Source: Podarcis erhardii
Lineage: Eukaryota
Length of the DNA: 64,000 nucleotides
Assembly: GCA_964252035.1 (NCBI GenBank)
Contig: OZ176200.1
Strand: one strand, 5' to 3'
Part shown: one piece after another, positions 1-11,476 of the stretch
Numbering within the stretch: position 1 is the stretch's first letter
Layout: each line of letters begins with the position of its first letter
Program-made: the position numbers and the translations under genes
Notes under the pieces: generated by a model
The model's database searches: none
The model's input: the letters and a program-made list of their open reading frames with translations, nothing else
Told to the model about the DNA's origin: nothing

Positions 1-193
1 ACAGACTCTGCTAACCCAGAAATAGTACCTTGGGTTAAGAACTTTGCTTCAGGATGAGAACAGAAATCGTGCTCTGGCGGCGCAGCGGCAGCAGGAGGCC
101 CCATTAGCTAAAGTGGTACCTCAGGTTAAGAACAGTTTCAGGTTAAGAACGGACCTCCAGAACGAATTAAGTTCTTAACCCAAGGTACCACTG
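1..193. mobile_element. Tigger/pogo-like (Tc1-mariner) MITE, left end outside the window
   Basis: Near-identical to the complete copy at 6397-6622. Ends ...AACCCAAGGTACCACTG followed by TA (194-195). Confidence 0.85.
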
Positions 194-3100
194 TATCAGC
201 CACTTTTATACAGATCAAGAACCACCCAGGCCATCTGTAAAATGAGTTTGCCAACTTTTGCAAAGCCTTTTGGGGCCTATGAAAAAAATGCCACAATAAA
301 ATTATCCCACGTTACCACTTTAAACACTACCCTCTAATTTTATTCAGTAACATAAGCAAAAAGGCACGCCACGTCTCATCCCTAAATTAAGTGTTAATTC
401 AAGTATGTACCTATGTCAATTCGGAGATCAGAGCTTGCCAGCAACTGCATAAGCCAAGCCATATCTGGTCAGATATAACCACAAGGAAGGGAAAGATAAA
501 GAGGAAGAACAACTTGCTCTTCTACTTCTGTGGCCCACTGTATATGAACAGATGATCATGCGGGACAACTACATCTCTGTAAATGGAGGGTTACTTAACT
601 GAATGGCTCTCACCTCCCCTATACATCAAACAAGGACACCTTGTCAGGTGACTGCTTATCATTGCATATCTGCAGACAAAGCAAAGGAAAATAGCTATAT
701 GCAAGATAGACTACCTATGGCCCTCCAGTTGTTGGACTCAGACTCCCATAAGCCCAGCATAGTCAATATCAAGAATGATGGGTGTTGCTCCCCATCCTTG
801 AGATAGTGGCATAGTAAAGCAGCAATCGAAGGACAAGAGAATTTAAGCAATGCAAAAGCACATGTGTTGCTGATTGCCTTTTCGCCCAACAGCTGCAGCT
901 GGTTATTGCGTTTTCATGGTTATGATATTTTATAGATATTTATGTGTTTTATTTATTGGATGTACTTTGCTGTTCTATTATACTGTGCATCACCCTAGGC
1001 TCCATTGGGAGGAAGGGTGATTCAGAAATGAAACATATACACTGATAAATGAAAATATGAATGGGGAAATCCTGAAGTTCATACAACTGCTTACAACTCC
1101 CCCACCACCACCACAAGAAACCAGGGGAGATGCAGACTACATCTGAACTAGATAAATATCATAAAAACTAACTTTTGTCGCAGCTACCTTTGCAGTGCAT
1201 TTAGGGAATGGTCAATTGTAGAAAGCAAAAAGGCTGGGAACTAACCTGGAATATTGTTGTAAGGTGTTGTTTATAATAATTATCTATACACTGTGAAGCA
1301 GAGTACAATTCTTGGAAAGGAAGGAATGCTGAGCCTCTTGCATTCCAGCAGTAAAGCTTGCACTGACCAGGACAGGACAGAATCAGAGGTTTGCTTTTTG
1401 CAGAGTTGATCCCTCTCTGCTTACTTAGAGGGACGGGAAACAAATTAAGAACAGGTACGTACTGCGTTTGAAATTCCAGCTAGACATTGCAAGAGCTGAG
1501 TGCAACCCTTGCAGGCATGATAAATGATAAGCGCAAGGGCAGCTGTACCACACTGCAATACCTTTGAGAGGCACTCAGGTAGTAAATCAGGATAATGAAA
1601 ATTAGACGGCTGCAGCTTCTGACCCATGCATGGGCAGAGCCCCTGTGTGCTGCTGAAGCCCCCCCCCCACTACCTCCCACAAGCCAGAACAGGCGGACTC
1701 CAGCTGTTCAGTAAAAATGCACACTTAAGATATCCAAGTAGTAGCTTGCTTTATCACCATTCCTTGACAAAGAGGTCTATCAAGGGATAGCGCATTCTGT
1801 TGGGCTGAAAGGTAGACACAGGAAGACCAAATTCAAACCCCAGTTTGGCTCATTGTTTGGCATTGGGCAAGTCCTTCCCTCTCAAGTCTTGGCTGCCCAT
1901 CTGCAAAACAATAATATTCATAGACGTCACCCTGAGAAACCAAGCATAGAGACTGTAAGTCACTTTGCTCTGTGAAGTTGCTACAAAGGCTATGAATGCT
2001 AACAAGAGGCCACTGCTTATCTATGTCATGTGAAAGCAGCGACAGGGGTTGTGCAAATGACACAAACATCCTCTTTCCGTGCCTGTAGGTCCCACGCAAA
2101 AGGGGGGAAATTCACACATTTCCATGGAAGAAGCTTAAGCTCCATCAGCAGGGGGAGAAAACAACTGAGAACGCTAAATTGAAACTTACTGGAAGGATGC
2201 TAGTGTGATGCAAAATATGTGGCTTGGTGAGAAAGCAATCTACAGCCAGTAGTCCTGAGAATTCAGGCTAGTGTGAGAACAGTTGTTTTCTTTCCTGTAT
2301 GTCGCCTTGGGTGTTACAAGGTCATAAATATGAAAAATGAACGCATGAATTAATAATTACATACAAGCTCAGTGACTTCAGATGTTCTATTTTGTAGAAA
2401 TAGAAAGCACGAGTCTCTGAAATTCCTGTTCCTCTGCTGCAAGAGAACTATTGCGCTTCTGGGTTTCCCATGGGCACCTAACCTGACCGTAGCGAGAACA
2501 AAGGCAAAAAGCTGGACACCATGTTGTGACAGTCTGATAGCAACATATTAAATTTCCCCTGTAATGTCATCAAGATAGTTCTAACTTCAATTACATCCAT
2601 GATGTAATTTTTGCTGAAAATGCCAAAATGAGCTTTGAATACATGGAGAATTCCAAGTTCTCAGTTTGGTATATTAAAATTAAATCCGACTATAAAAAGG
2701 CTGCTTATCTGTGGGAAATAACTTTTCTTTCCTGTTAGACATATGTTTACTCAGCTCAAATTTCAAATGTCTGAACAGTAAATTCTTTGAAATTACCAGT
2801 CTCTGTGTATGTAGATCAACCCAAGTCGAAGACAGTGTGCACTGTATTCTTTATTACCCTTTATGCATTCACCTAGGAGTAGGTTCCTCCATTCATTCCA
2901 GAAATTTTAAAGTGGAGTCACTGGATTCTACTTCAGGATATTTCCAGATCCTGTTTCAGTCTCTCATACGGTTCACTGCTAGTCCATGGCATGCTCTACA
3001 CAAGAGTCACCAACACAGCACCCAGGGGCACCATGGCATATGGGATGGCCTTCACTGGCACCCCCAGGCAGAGACTCCAGACTTCAAGCTTTCATCTTCA

Positions 3101-4858
3101 TTTTTTAAAGAGTTAAGTCTCTAACTGCCCCCCCAAGAAAGCAAGTTATGAAGAAATGTGTGCAGGAACCTTTGTAAGAGTGGCATCAGGGTTATGATTG
3201 ATAAGTGAGTTGCTTGGACACCAAGCAACAGGAATCCCTGGAGTCCTAAAGATCTGCAGTTTCCTCTTCGCCTTTACTGCACTTTTCCTGCTTCTTTCTT
3301 ATCATCTAGTCCTTGGGATCTCCACAGTTTGTCCTCTCTTTTTCCCTAGCAACCAGGATGCATCTTTTCTGTGGTGGGCTTGCTTATAAGTTATTTTTTT
3401 GCCAATACAGCTCCACAATCAGTATTCCCTCAAAAAGGCGAAACACAGGGAGTACAGAATGGCAGCCTAGGTTTTGGTTTAGGGTTGGCATTGGGCAAAA
3501 CTGGGCTCTTTTGCCCTTAACAGCTTGTATAGTAGGCAGAAATTAAACAGGCTTAGTGTTTTCTAATATGGAAAAGTTTCACCATGATTGTAGTCTCTAA
3601 TTTTGTTTTATGCCATGCTCCACACAGCAGCCATGTTGTGTTATGCTATGCCCTCATAGCAACCATTTTGTGACTGGCTCCCACAGTACTCTCTCATAAT
3701 TCAGTACTGTATATGCCTACTGGTCCAAAAAGTGTTGACCCCTAGCTTAGCAAAGAGAACAGAGACCCAGGAGGAAGAATGAGACAGCCACTAACAGCCT
3801 TCTAGAACAAATGAACTAGTAAAACCAACCTGAAGCAAAATCAGAATCCACAGGGGCCACCATTACAAAACCCAAGAAACAGAGGAGGCCTTCTTTATAC
3901 ATATGTCCTTATGGTCTGATCATAAATCCTGTAAATCCTGGGGGGGGGGGGGGAATTAGGATACCTTCCCTGACTTCAATGCACTTTGGATCAGGCTTGT
4001 GTAGAGCATCTCAGAGTAAATATTATAGAAAAGCTGAAGATACACTAAAAGTAAACAATGAAAGCAGTCCCAGTGTTTTGACAAGGCCCTCTCAGGATGT
4101 GAAATCCAAAAACTTATCCTGTAAAGTTGGGCAAGTGAATTGCATTTAATAAAACACTGTGTCTGATGAAGAAAGTCCGGAGTTTGCCAAAGTTCAGCAT
4201 TCAAAATAAGACTAGCAAACAGATTTTTACACACACATACACCAATACATTTTCAATTTTCCAAGCTGTTTGCACCACAGATTTGCAAAATATTTGCTTG
4301 CATAATAAGAATAATTGTTATTGTTACTTTGTTGGTAAAGAGGGAGTTAAACATTTAAATGCACTTTAAGCTTTGTGGGGGATGGAGATAGATCAGTAGT
4401 GCTTGATCAATAACATCCTGCTAGGCTGAAATTAAATCAGTTCTCAAAAGATGCTAAGGACAAAAGAACAAAACATTCATTTCTCTTACTAATGTGAAAA
4501 GAAATGATAGAAATTATGTGGAAGATAATTTATGAAGAGACTAAATTGAGGGCTTTGTTCTGCGTTCTTGCAACCCAGTCCACACAGCATTTTAACCAGG
4601 GATGAGTTTATCGTGAATTTTTAATGCATATTTACTCAGACACAAACCCTCTTGCCTTCAGTGGTGTTTACTCCCAGATAAGTGATGTAGGATTGCAGAA
4701 AAGTCCATGACTACCTACAAAAATACTTTTTCTATGGTGGCAACTCATACTGTATGTGGAAAACTCTCTACCCCCAGCGCTTAGGTTACCTTCCCTTTTA
4801 TTTAACAAAATGTATCTACTGCTTACTCAACAGAACAACTCTAAGCATTTGATTAAAA

Positions 4859-5094
4859 CATGGGTAGGCAAACTAAGGCCTAGGGGTCGAATCCGGCCCA
4901 ATCGTATTCTAAATCCGGCCTGCGGATGGTCCGGGAATCAGCATGTTTTTACATGAGTAGAATGTGTGGTTTTTTTAAAAATACATCTCTGGGTTATTTG
5001 TGGGGCATAGGAATTCGTTCATCCCCCCCCCAAATGTAGTCCAGCCCCCCACAAGGTTCTGAGGGACAGTGGACCAGCCCCCTGCTGACCCCTA
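4859..5094. mobile_element. hAT-type MITE (family 1)
   Basis: Perfect 8-bp TSD GATTAAAA at 4851-4858 and 5095-5102. Degenerate TIRs. Body is similar to the copy at 16553-16796. Confidence 0.85.
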
Positions 5095-6298
5095 GATTAA
5101 AATGATTAAAAATACCAATAAAAGCAAACATTGAAAACAACCTGATGTATTTTTTGTCAAAATATAAATAAAACCAGCAATTTTAAAACAGCCATATATA
5201 ATAAAAAGTACTTCTTAAAAGTTACATGTCTAGGTAGGCTTATCTAAACAAAAAGGTTTTTAACAGGTATCAAGATGAATATAGTGATGGTGCCTGCCTT
5301 TTGCCTAATGTCAATAGGCAGGGGGCTACCACACTAAAAGATCAATTCCTTGCATGTGCATAATGGACTTCGCATGGCATTTGTAGAAGTGTCTGTTCCA
5401 CAGACTGAAAGGATCACGTGGGAACATAAAGAGTGAGCTTCACTAGCAAAAATCCCCTTTTTAAACAAGCTTTTGATTCTGCTGCTGCTGAACATATTGA
5501 TTTTATTTGCTGCTGTTTTTAGTTTTTTCCATTTCTGTAATCAGCAGTAATTTCTCCCTTACAAAACAAACTAATGTCTTCATTGTATAACTTTTTACAC
5601 AGATGAGCAGTACTATTAAAATAAAAAACATGGGCCAAGTGAGATCATCCAAAAATCATAAGCCAATAATAGGAACTGCAAGTGTTATTCAATGTTTAAG
5701 ATGGAATACATACACAGACACTCAAAAGATGGTAAAGGTGCTGTTTGATGCTGCCCCCTTTTGCCAAGCAAAGTCAACAGCCTAGATTTCCACTAAAACT
5801 TTTCATAGTCGGTCTATCTTTTTCACAGCAAAACGTGTTCAAGGAAAATGATGAAACCCCAACAGATCTCCAGACAAAGTTTGTCACGCATTTATCAAGC
5901 TTTACAGAAGTGAAAGCTGGTGATGCACTCATAATACACACACCTGACGACAGATGGTAGCAGAAATTCAAGGATATGGGACTCCACAGTGTTCATTCTG
6001 CTTGAGTGCCAAAGACCACAGTAACTCTGAAAAACAAGGCCACACCTTATGTTCTAGGATCAGCAGCCTGTCATATATGGGAATAAGGAGCAATCCCTGA
6101 ACACAACGGTGTGCTAAGTATGAGCAGCCTGGCAATTCTTAACGCAAACTTCAACGGAATAAATTGTTCTCGAAACTAATGCCACCAGAACTCGTTTAAA
6201 GCATTTTTGCACAACATCTGGTGGTACTACCAAGTTATACCCCAACCCAACAAGGCATGTCAGGACAACAAACAACAAATACATCTGGAATGATTAAC

Positions 6299-6300
<2 letters not shown>

Positions 6301-6327
<27 letters not shown>
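6301..6327. repeat. (AAT)9 microsatellite, possibly the tail of a minus-strand L2-type 3' remnant
   Basis: Directly visible AAT run. The flank loosely resembles the reverse complement of the L2-like end at ~60000-60041. Confidence 0.8.
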
Positions 6328-6329
<2 letters not shown>

Positions 6330-6396
6330 CACCGCTGCTGACTGATCCAACACTCAAGGCTTTAAACGCATACACTCCCCTGCCTGATCTGTTTTA

Positions 6397-6622
6397 CAGT
6401 GGTACCTCGGGTTACATACACTTCAGGTTACAGACTCTGCTAACCCAGAAATAGTGCTTCAGGTTAAGAACTTTGCTTCAGGATAAGAACAGAAATTGTG
6501 CTCCGGCGGTGTGGCAGCAGCAGGAGGCCCCATTAGCTAAAGTGGTGCTTCAGGGTAAGAACAGTTTCAGGTTAAGAACGGACCTCCGGAACGAATTAAG
6601 TACTTAACCCGAGGTACCACTG
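6397..6622. mobile_element. Tigger/pogo-like (Tc1-mariner) MITE, complete, 226 bp
   Basis: 18-bp TIR CAGTGGTACCTCGGGTTA / TAACCCGAGGTACCACTG, flanked by TA on both sides (6395-6396, 6623-6624). Confidence 0.9.
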
Positions 6623-8535
6623 TACTCTGCAGTCTATTAATCATACAATCCAATCTGAAAGAGGGGGGTGAAACTTTCAGTCAGAAGGAAAGAAACATGT
6701 GATTCAAGAGGAGGTTGAAAAAAGAAGCAGCTATTTAAAAACCCTGAGTAACTCGCTTAAATATCAGCAGAATTATTCACCTCCCACCCCAGTCTCTCTG
6801 CAGTTGCCAACTAGAATACTCTTCTTGCCTTGTAGATCAGACATATGAAGGAAGTTTAACTCCTCCACAAGCAGTTCTGTGATGGGCACAACTCACCAAT
6901 TCTATAGATTCCCTTCCCCTAAAATATCAAGAACTAGCTAGAACACTTTTTCTTCCAAGGCACCCCACACCCTTCCATTCAATAACCAAATATTTAGAAA
7001 GAGATGGGAAGGGAGGGAAAGACATGATAGCCAGACTTCAAACTCATTCAACTGGGTGCCTTTTCTGCCTGCAGTTCAATCAATGCCATGAAAAAGAGGA
7101 ATTAATTGAGGGAGGGGGGCAGAAACAAACTTTGCCTTCCAGTCAGAACATGAACTTGTGGGGAAATGTTTTTTTTTTTAAAAAAAAAAAGCATGATTTT
7201 GGAACGGAGGCTTCATTACACCATTTTGTCCCGTCCTGTCCCCCCCCTCCCCAACAAAATCCACAGAGAAACCAAGTGCTGAAAGTCCACATGCCTGGAA
7301 ACTGAGCAGAGTGAAGATGAGATGGATTTTGTTTTAAAGTGCAAGGATGGATTTCTAAATTCAAAGTTGCATGGTGTAAACCTGTGCAGATATGGATCTT
7401 CACACTTTGCCTCCCTCCCACCTCCACTCCTGTCCCAAACAAGCAGGCGTCAAGAATTTGCTGCAGGAGAGAGCTGTCAGGCTCTTAAATGTTCTCTTAC
7501 AACTCCCTCCCTCCTGCTTTTTAGTAGAAACATTCTGAATGAAGTAGCACACCAATGCAGCAAGTGGAAGGAACAGTTAAGAGATCTAAATCAGCAACTT
7601 TAAATAAAAATAAAAGTGACAAGGGAAAGAGGGTGCATGTCTTGCATCTACTAAGATCTGTTTGGACTTAGGATTTTTCCCTCCTTCTATCCGCTCCCCC
7701 TTCCTCTTATTTCCAACAATGCATAAAACCAGAGAGCCCTGCAAGCTTCTCTGCTTCCCTCTCTCCCCTCCGCTTTTGATCTTCATCAGGACGTGAGCAG
7801 AAAGTTAATGGGCCACCCCTACCACAAAGGCAAATTACCACGTGAACAAAAAAAAGAAAGAAAAGAAAAAAATAATATATTTTGCTTCTCTACAGACCCT
7901 TCGCTCCCAGGCATCCCACCCTGCAATGTAACCCCCAAGCTATCTTATTGCTTACAACCCCCACGAATGGAATGGGAGGGGGGGGAAAGAGATTTAGACG
8001 GAATCAGGCAACACTAACCGAGCTTTTAGTTAATTTCCTCTTCAGCGTCTCAACTGCTTGGAGACCACCCCTGGTTTCCACAACCGCCGCTAAAGCCGGG
8101 GGGGGGGGAGTGCGCGGAGAACAGAGGGACGTCAGGGGACCCCTTAACCTGGTACACTGCACGTTCAAGACTACAACGCATCCCAGAAGCCATTAAGACA
8201 ACAAACAACAGACCACCACGGCCAGCCCGGCTCCATTCCCCTTGTGCTTTTGCTGCTAAAGGGGACTAAAACAGACGAGGCCACGCAATGAAGCAAAGCT
8301 TTTCTTTCAAACTCGCTCTTCAAACAAAAAGGCTTTGCGTCTCCATCCTTCTGCCGAGGCAACTACACCTCCCTCCCTCCCCGGACTCCTCCCCCCTACC
8401 CCCCCCAACTCCAAGTTCCTAAACTTTGCAACTTCTTCATGCACGTCGAATGCGGAGGGTGGGTAGCATGTTTTAAAATATTCTCCCCCCTCGCGTGCAT
8501 GCCACCACTCGCACAGTGGACGCGGTTCGACTTAC

Positions 8536-8940
8536 CCTTTGTTTGAGGTCTCCAGGGCGATAGAGCTTTTGCAAACGTTCACACGCACATCTTTACACTG
8601 AAGGAAATTACCGCGGCTGCAGACGTAATACGGTGGGGGGGGGGTCGCGCAGAAGATCCCAGGAAAACAACAGCCCTCGAGAAAGCCCAGTGAATCCTAC
8701 AAGCTGCCGTGGGGGCCTCCTGAGTCCCGATGACCGCCAAGCAAGCAGGGTCCGCTGCGAACTGCAGCCGCCTCGGAGTTTCGGCTTGAGTCCACCCTCC
8801 TTGTTTCCCTTCTCTCTTTCTGTCCCCCTCTCCCTTCCAGCCAGGAGCAGTCCAGGCTCCTATCAGAAACGCTTCAACCCTTTTCCATCAGGAGGGGAGG
8901 AGACGGAGACGCTGGGGGGGGGGGAGGAGGGAGGGAGGGA
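8536..8940 (-). other. Probable non-coding first exon (5'UTR) of an unidentified minus-strand gene A
   Basis: Perfect donor AAAGG|GTAAGT (intron starts at 8535) inside the CpG island. The ATGs I found in the exon close quickly (M-C-V-stop 8590-8579; M-E-K-G-stop 8888-8874). The TSS position is a guess. Confidence 0.6.
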
Positions 8941-9220
8941 GCAAAAGGGGCTGCCAGCTCTCACTCTGCGCTGATGTCAACTAACCAATTTAAGAGTTAA
9001 CAGGGCACTTATTTACGCGCAGCTCCCCACCAACGACCCTGGTCGTGGGAATTAAGATATATGCCGAAGCTTGATAATGGCTCTTAAAGAAATCCGGCCA
9101 GCGCCTCTTTGGGAAATAACGTTTGGGGTTCTTTTTGAACTCTGTTTTGAGTGCATGAGATTTTCATCAGTTTTTCTCACCCCGTTTACATCCCAGAACG
9201 ATCGCTTATACCGAATCTGA

Positions 9221-9287
9221 TTTACCGACAGTACGAGCAAGCCCGACAGTACGGTTTACCGACAGTACGGCAAGCCCGACAGTACGA
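9221..9287. repeat. Tandem array of four CCGACAGTACG units (nested duplication)
   Basis: Units at 9225-9235, 9243-9253, 9259-9269 and 9277-9287. Higher-order ~33-bp duplication 9221-9253 / 9255-9287. Confidence 0.95.
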
Positions 9288-10286
9288 GTTGCCTTGCAAA
9301 TGCATGGATGTTCTGTGCTGGGTGATTTACAAAAGGGCAAATGACCAAGGACAGAAATGCAAAGGGAAGCGGGGGGGGGCAGGCGGCGGGAAGAAGCAGG
9401 CTACGAAATGTGCATTTTCTTTTAATTCCTTAAGCGTGGGGTATTATTCGAAATCAGAACTGATAGCTAGGCAGAGAGAACTGCTGGCGCTGCCGCTTCC
9501 CGGGGAGAAACCGGACTGAGCTGGCGGGGGAGAAGCGTTTGGAGACAGTGAGAAGGCGGCTTGAAAGAGCAAGGAACTTCCAGCGAGTGGAAACTTGAGC
9601 CCTTGTAAAATAAACAGAAGATATTTGCCCTGTGATCGCCTTAAAAGCAACAGCAAACGCTGCCCCCGAGCTATCCACACTCTTTCCCCCACCCTTCAGT
9701 GTATGGGCAGGTGGGGCAGTGTTGCAATCCCACGGATAGCAGAAAGCGCCGAGGAGCTCGGCTTGCAGCAGAAACGTGGACCGTAGAGGGCAGTAAGGGG
9801 CTAATTAAAGAGACGCCTCAGCCCACCCCTACCCCTTAGGTCAGATTTGGAGGTGCGGTATTAGAGAGACGAGCCAACCCCTTTAATGGAACGATTAGAA
9901 AATCCATAGGAAGAACACCCAAGCGCGCGCACACAAAAAGCATCGATAAGTAAAACAAAAAAAACCGCCCATTTGAAACGGAGAATATATATATATATAT
10001 GCAGCACAGAGAAAACTGTGTACCTTGCTCTGGGCATCGTGCCTAGGGGGCGCTTGGGAAGCAGCGAAGAAAACAGGCTCCTGTCGCCGCCCGCCGCCTC
10101 GCCCGGACAATGTGCGAACAGATCCCGAAATCGTTTTCCCTTGGAAGTCGATTGTGTTGGTTTCAGAGAAACTCGCTTCCAGTTTTTTGTTTTTTTACGT
10201 GTTTTGATGGCTACAATTCTGCGAACACTTACGCGAGAGTAAGCCCACCCACCCCCGGGGAACTCAACGGGGTTTTACTTCCGAAC

Positions 10287-10340
10287 AGAATCATACCATT
10301 GTAGAGTTGGAAGGGACCCCGAGGCTCATCTAGGGCAACG
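10287..10340 (-). mobile_element. 3' fragment of a CR1-tailed SINE (same family as 28112-28260)
   Basis: AGAATCATACCATTGTAGAGTTGGAAGGGACCCC is close to the reverse complement of the tail at 28200-28260. Confidence 0.65.
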
Positions 10341-11185
10341 CTCCCCACCTGAGTCTCACAGTTGTGCACATTTTTAAAGCTGTAATCCCAGGCACGCTTG
10401 ATTTGGCTTGCAAATCCTTTGCCGCCGTTTCAGCCCTTGGTGCTACCTAAGCCTGCATGGCTTGCATACGGACCCATCCGAATATAACGCATCTCTGAGG
10501 GAACCTCGAGGAGCAAAGCCAGCCTCTCTGCTGCTGCTGCTGCCACCTTTTGAAAACAAGCCGCCCTACAGCGCATAGAAGAGAATGGAGGAGTACAGTT
10601 TGTTGCGCCCCACACATTCCAGAGATATCGAATGGAAAACATTCGCATTATAAAGGTCCATTTGCGGGAGGGGGGGACCCTACTCGCAGTAAAATGGTCC
10701 ACTGTTTAAACTGGGGGGAGGAGGGGGGAAAGACCTTTTCCAGCTGGAGATCAGCCTCCCCTTCCGAGGAACCACCGAGGGCGCTATGCTAGCGGTGGGC
10801 GGAGCCAAAGACAAAAGTGGCGGGAACAACAAAGTAAATCTCACCTCTTATGCTTCTACTCACATACTGCTCTCTGTTCTCCATCCAGTAGAAGCAAGAG
10901 ACAGTGAGTGTTCAAAGTGAGTGAGTGGGGGTACACTTCTTTCCCACCCACTTGTTTGCAAATGCCACTGCCTCAGTTTCTCCATAAGTCTGGAATAATA
11001 TTGACCTTCATGTGGTGCCTTGGCTATGAAGTTTATATATGACCCCTGGCTCCAATCTAGCAGAGAATTATGTGCATTTAAGCCATTTAGGTTACAATCC
11101 TAAACACACTTAACTAGGAAGTAAGAGCCTTTGAATTTGCTTCAAAGTAAGCATGCATAGGATTGTTTCATGGTACAATCTTGGA

Positions 11186-11321
11186 CAGCCATGGCCAAAC
11201 TTGGCCTTCCAGATGTTTTGGAACTACAATTCCCATCATCCCTAACCACTGATCCTGTTAGCTAGGGATGATGGGAGTTGTAGTCCCAAAACATCTGGAG
11301 GGCCAAGTTTGGGGGTGCCTG
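11186..11321. mobile_element. hAT-type hairpin MITE (family 2)
   Basis: Internal near-palindrome (CTACAATTCCCATCATCCCT / AGGGATGATGGGAGTTGTAG). TSD ATCTTGGA / ATCTTGGG (7/8). Confidence 0.85.
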
Positions 11322-11338
11322 ATCTTGGGCATGCCTAC

Positions 11339-11476
11339 CATGGGTGTAGCCAGGATTTTTGTTATGGGGGCAGGCCTTTTGTTACAGGGGGCAGAACCTC
11401 AGTTTCTTATGTATTTTACTGAATTTTATTGATTGGGGGGCAGTTGCCCCTCCCTGCCCCCCTAGCTACGCCCATG
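11339..11476. mobile_element. hAT-type MITE (family 3, CATGGG termini)
   Basis: TIR CATGGGTGTAGC / GCTACGCCCATG. Perfect 8-bp TSD ATGCCTAC (11331-11338, 11477-11484). Confidence 0.85.

Larger units (their letters stand above)
8050..10810. promoter_or_regulatory. CpG island / promoter region of gene A
   Basis: Dense CpG and GC-rich sequence against a CpG-depleted background. CCAAT and CRE-like TGATGTCA motifs near 8970-8990. Boundaries estimated by eye. Confidence 0.85.

Noticed and set aside
9221-9287. CRISPR-like array (repeated 11-mer with short spacers)
   Set aside because: Repeats and spacers are far too short, spacers are themselves duplicated, there are no cas genes, and the context is eukaryotic.
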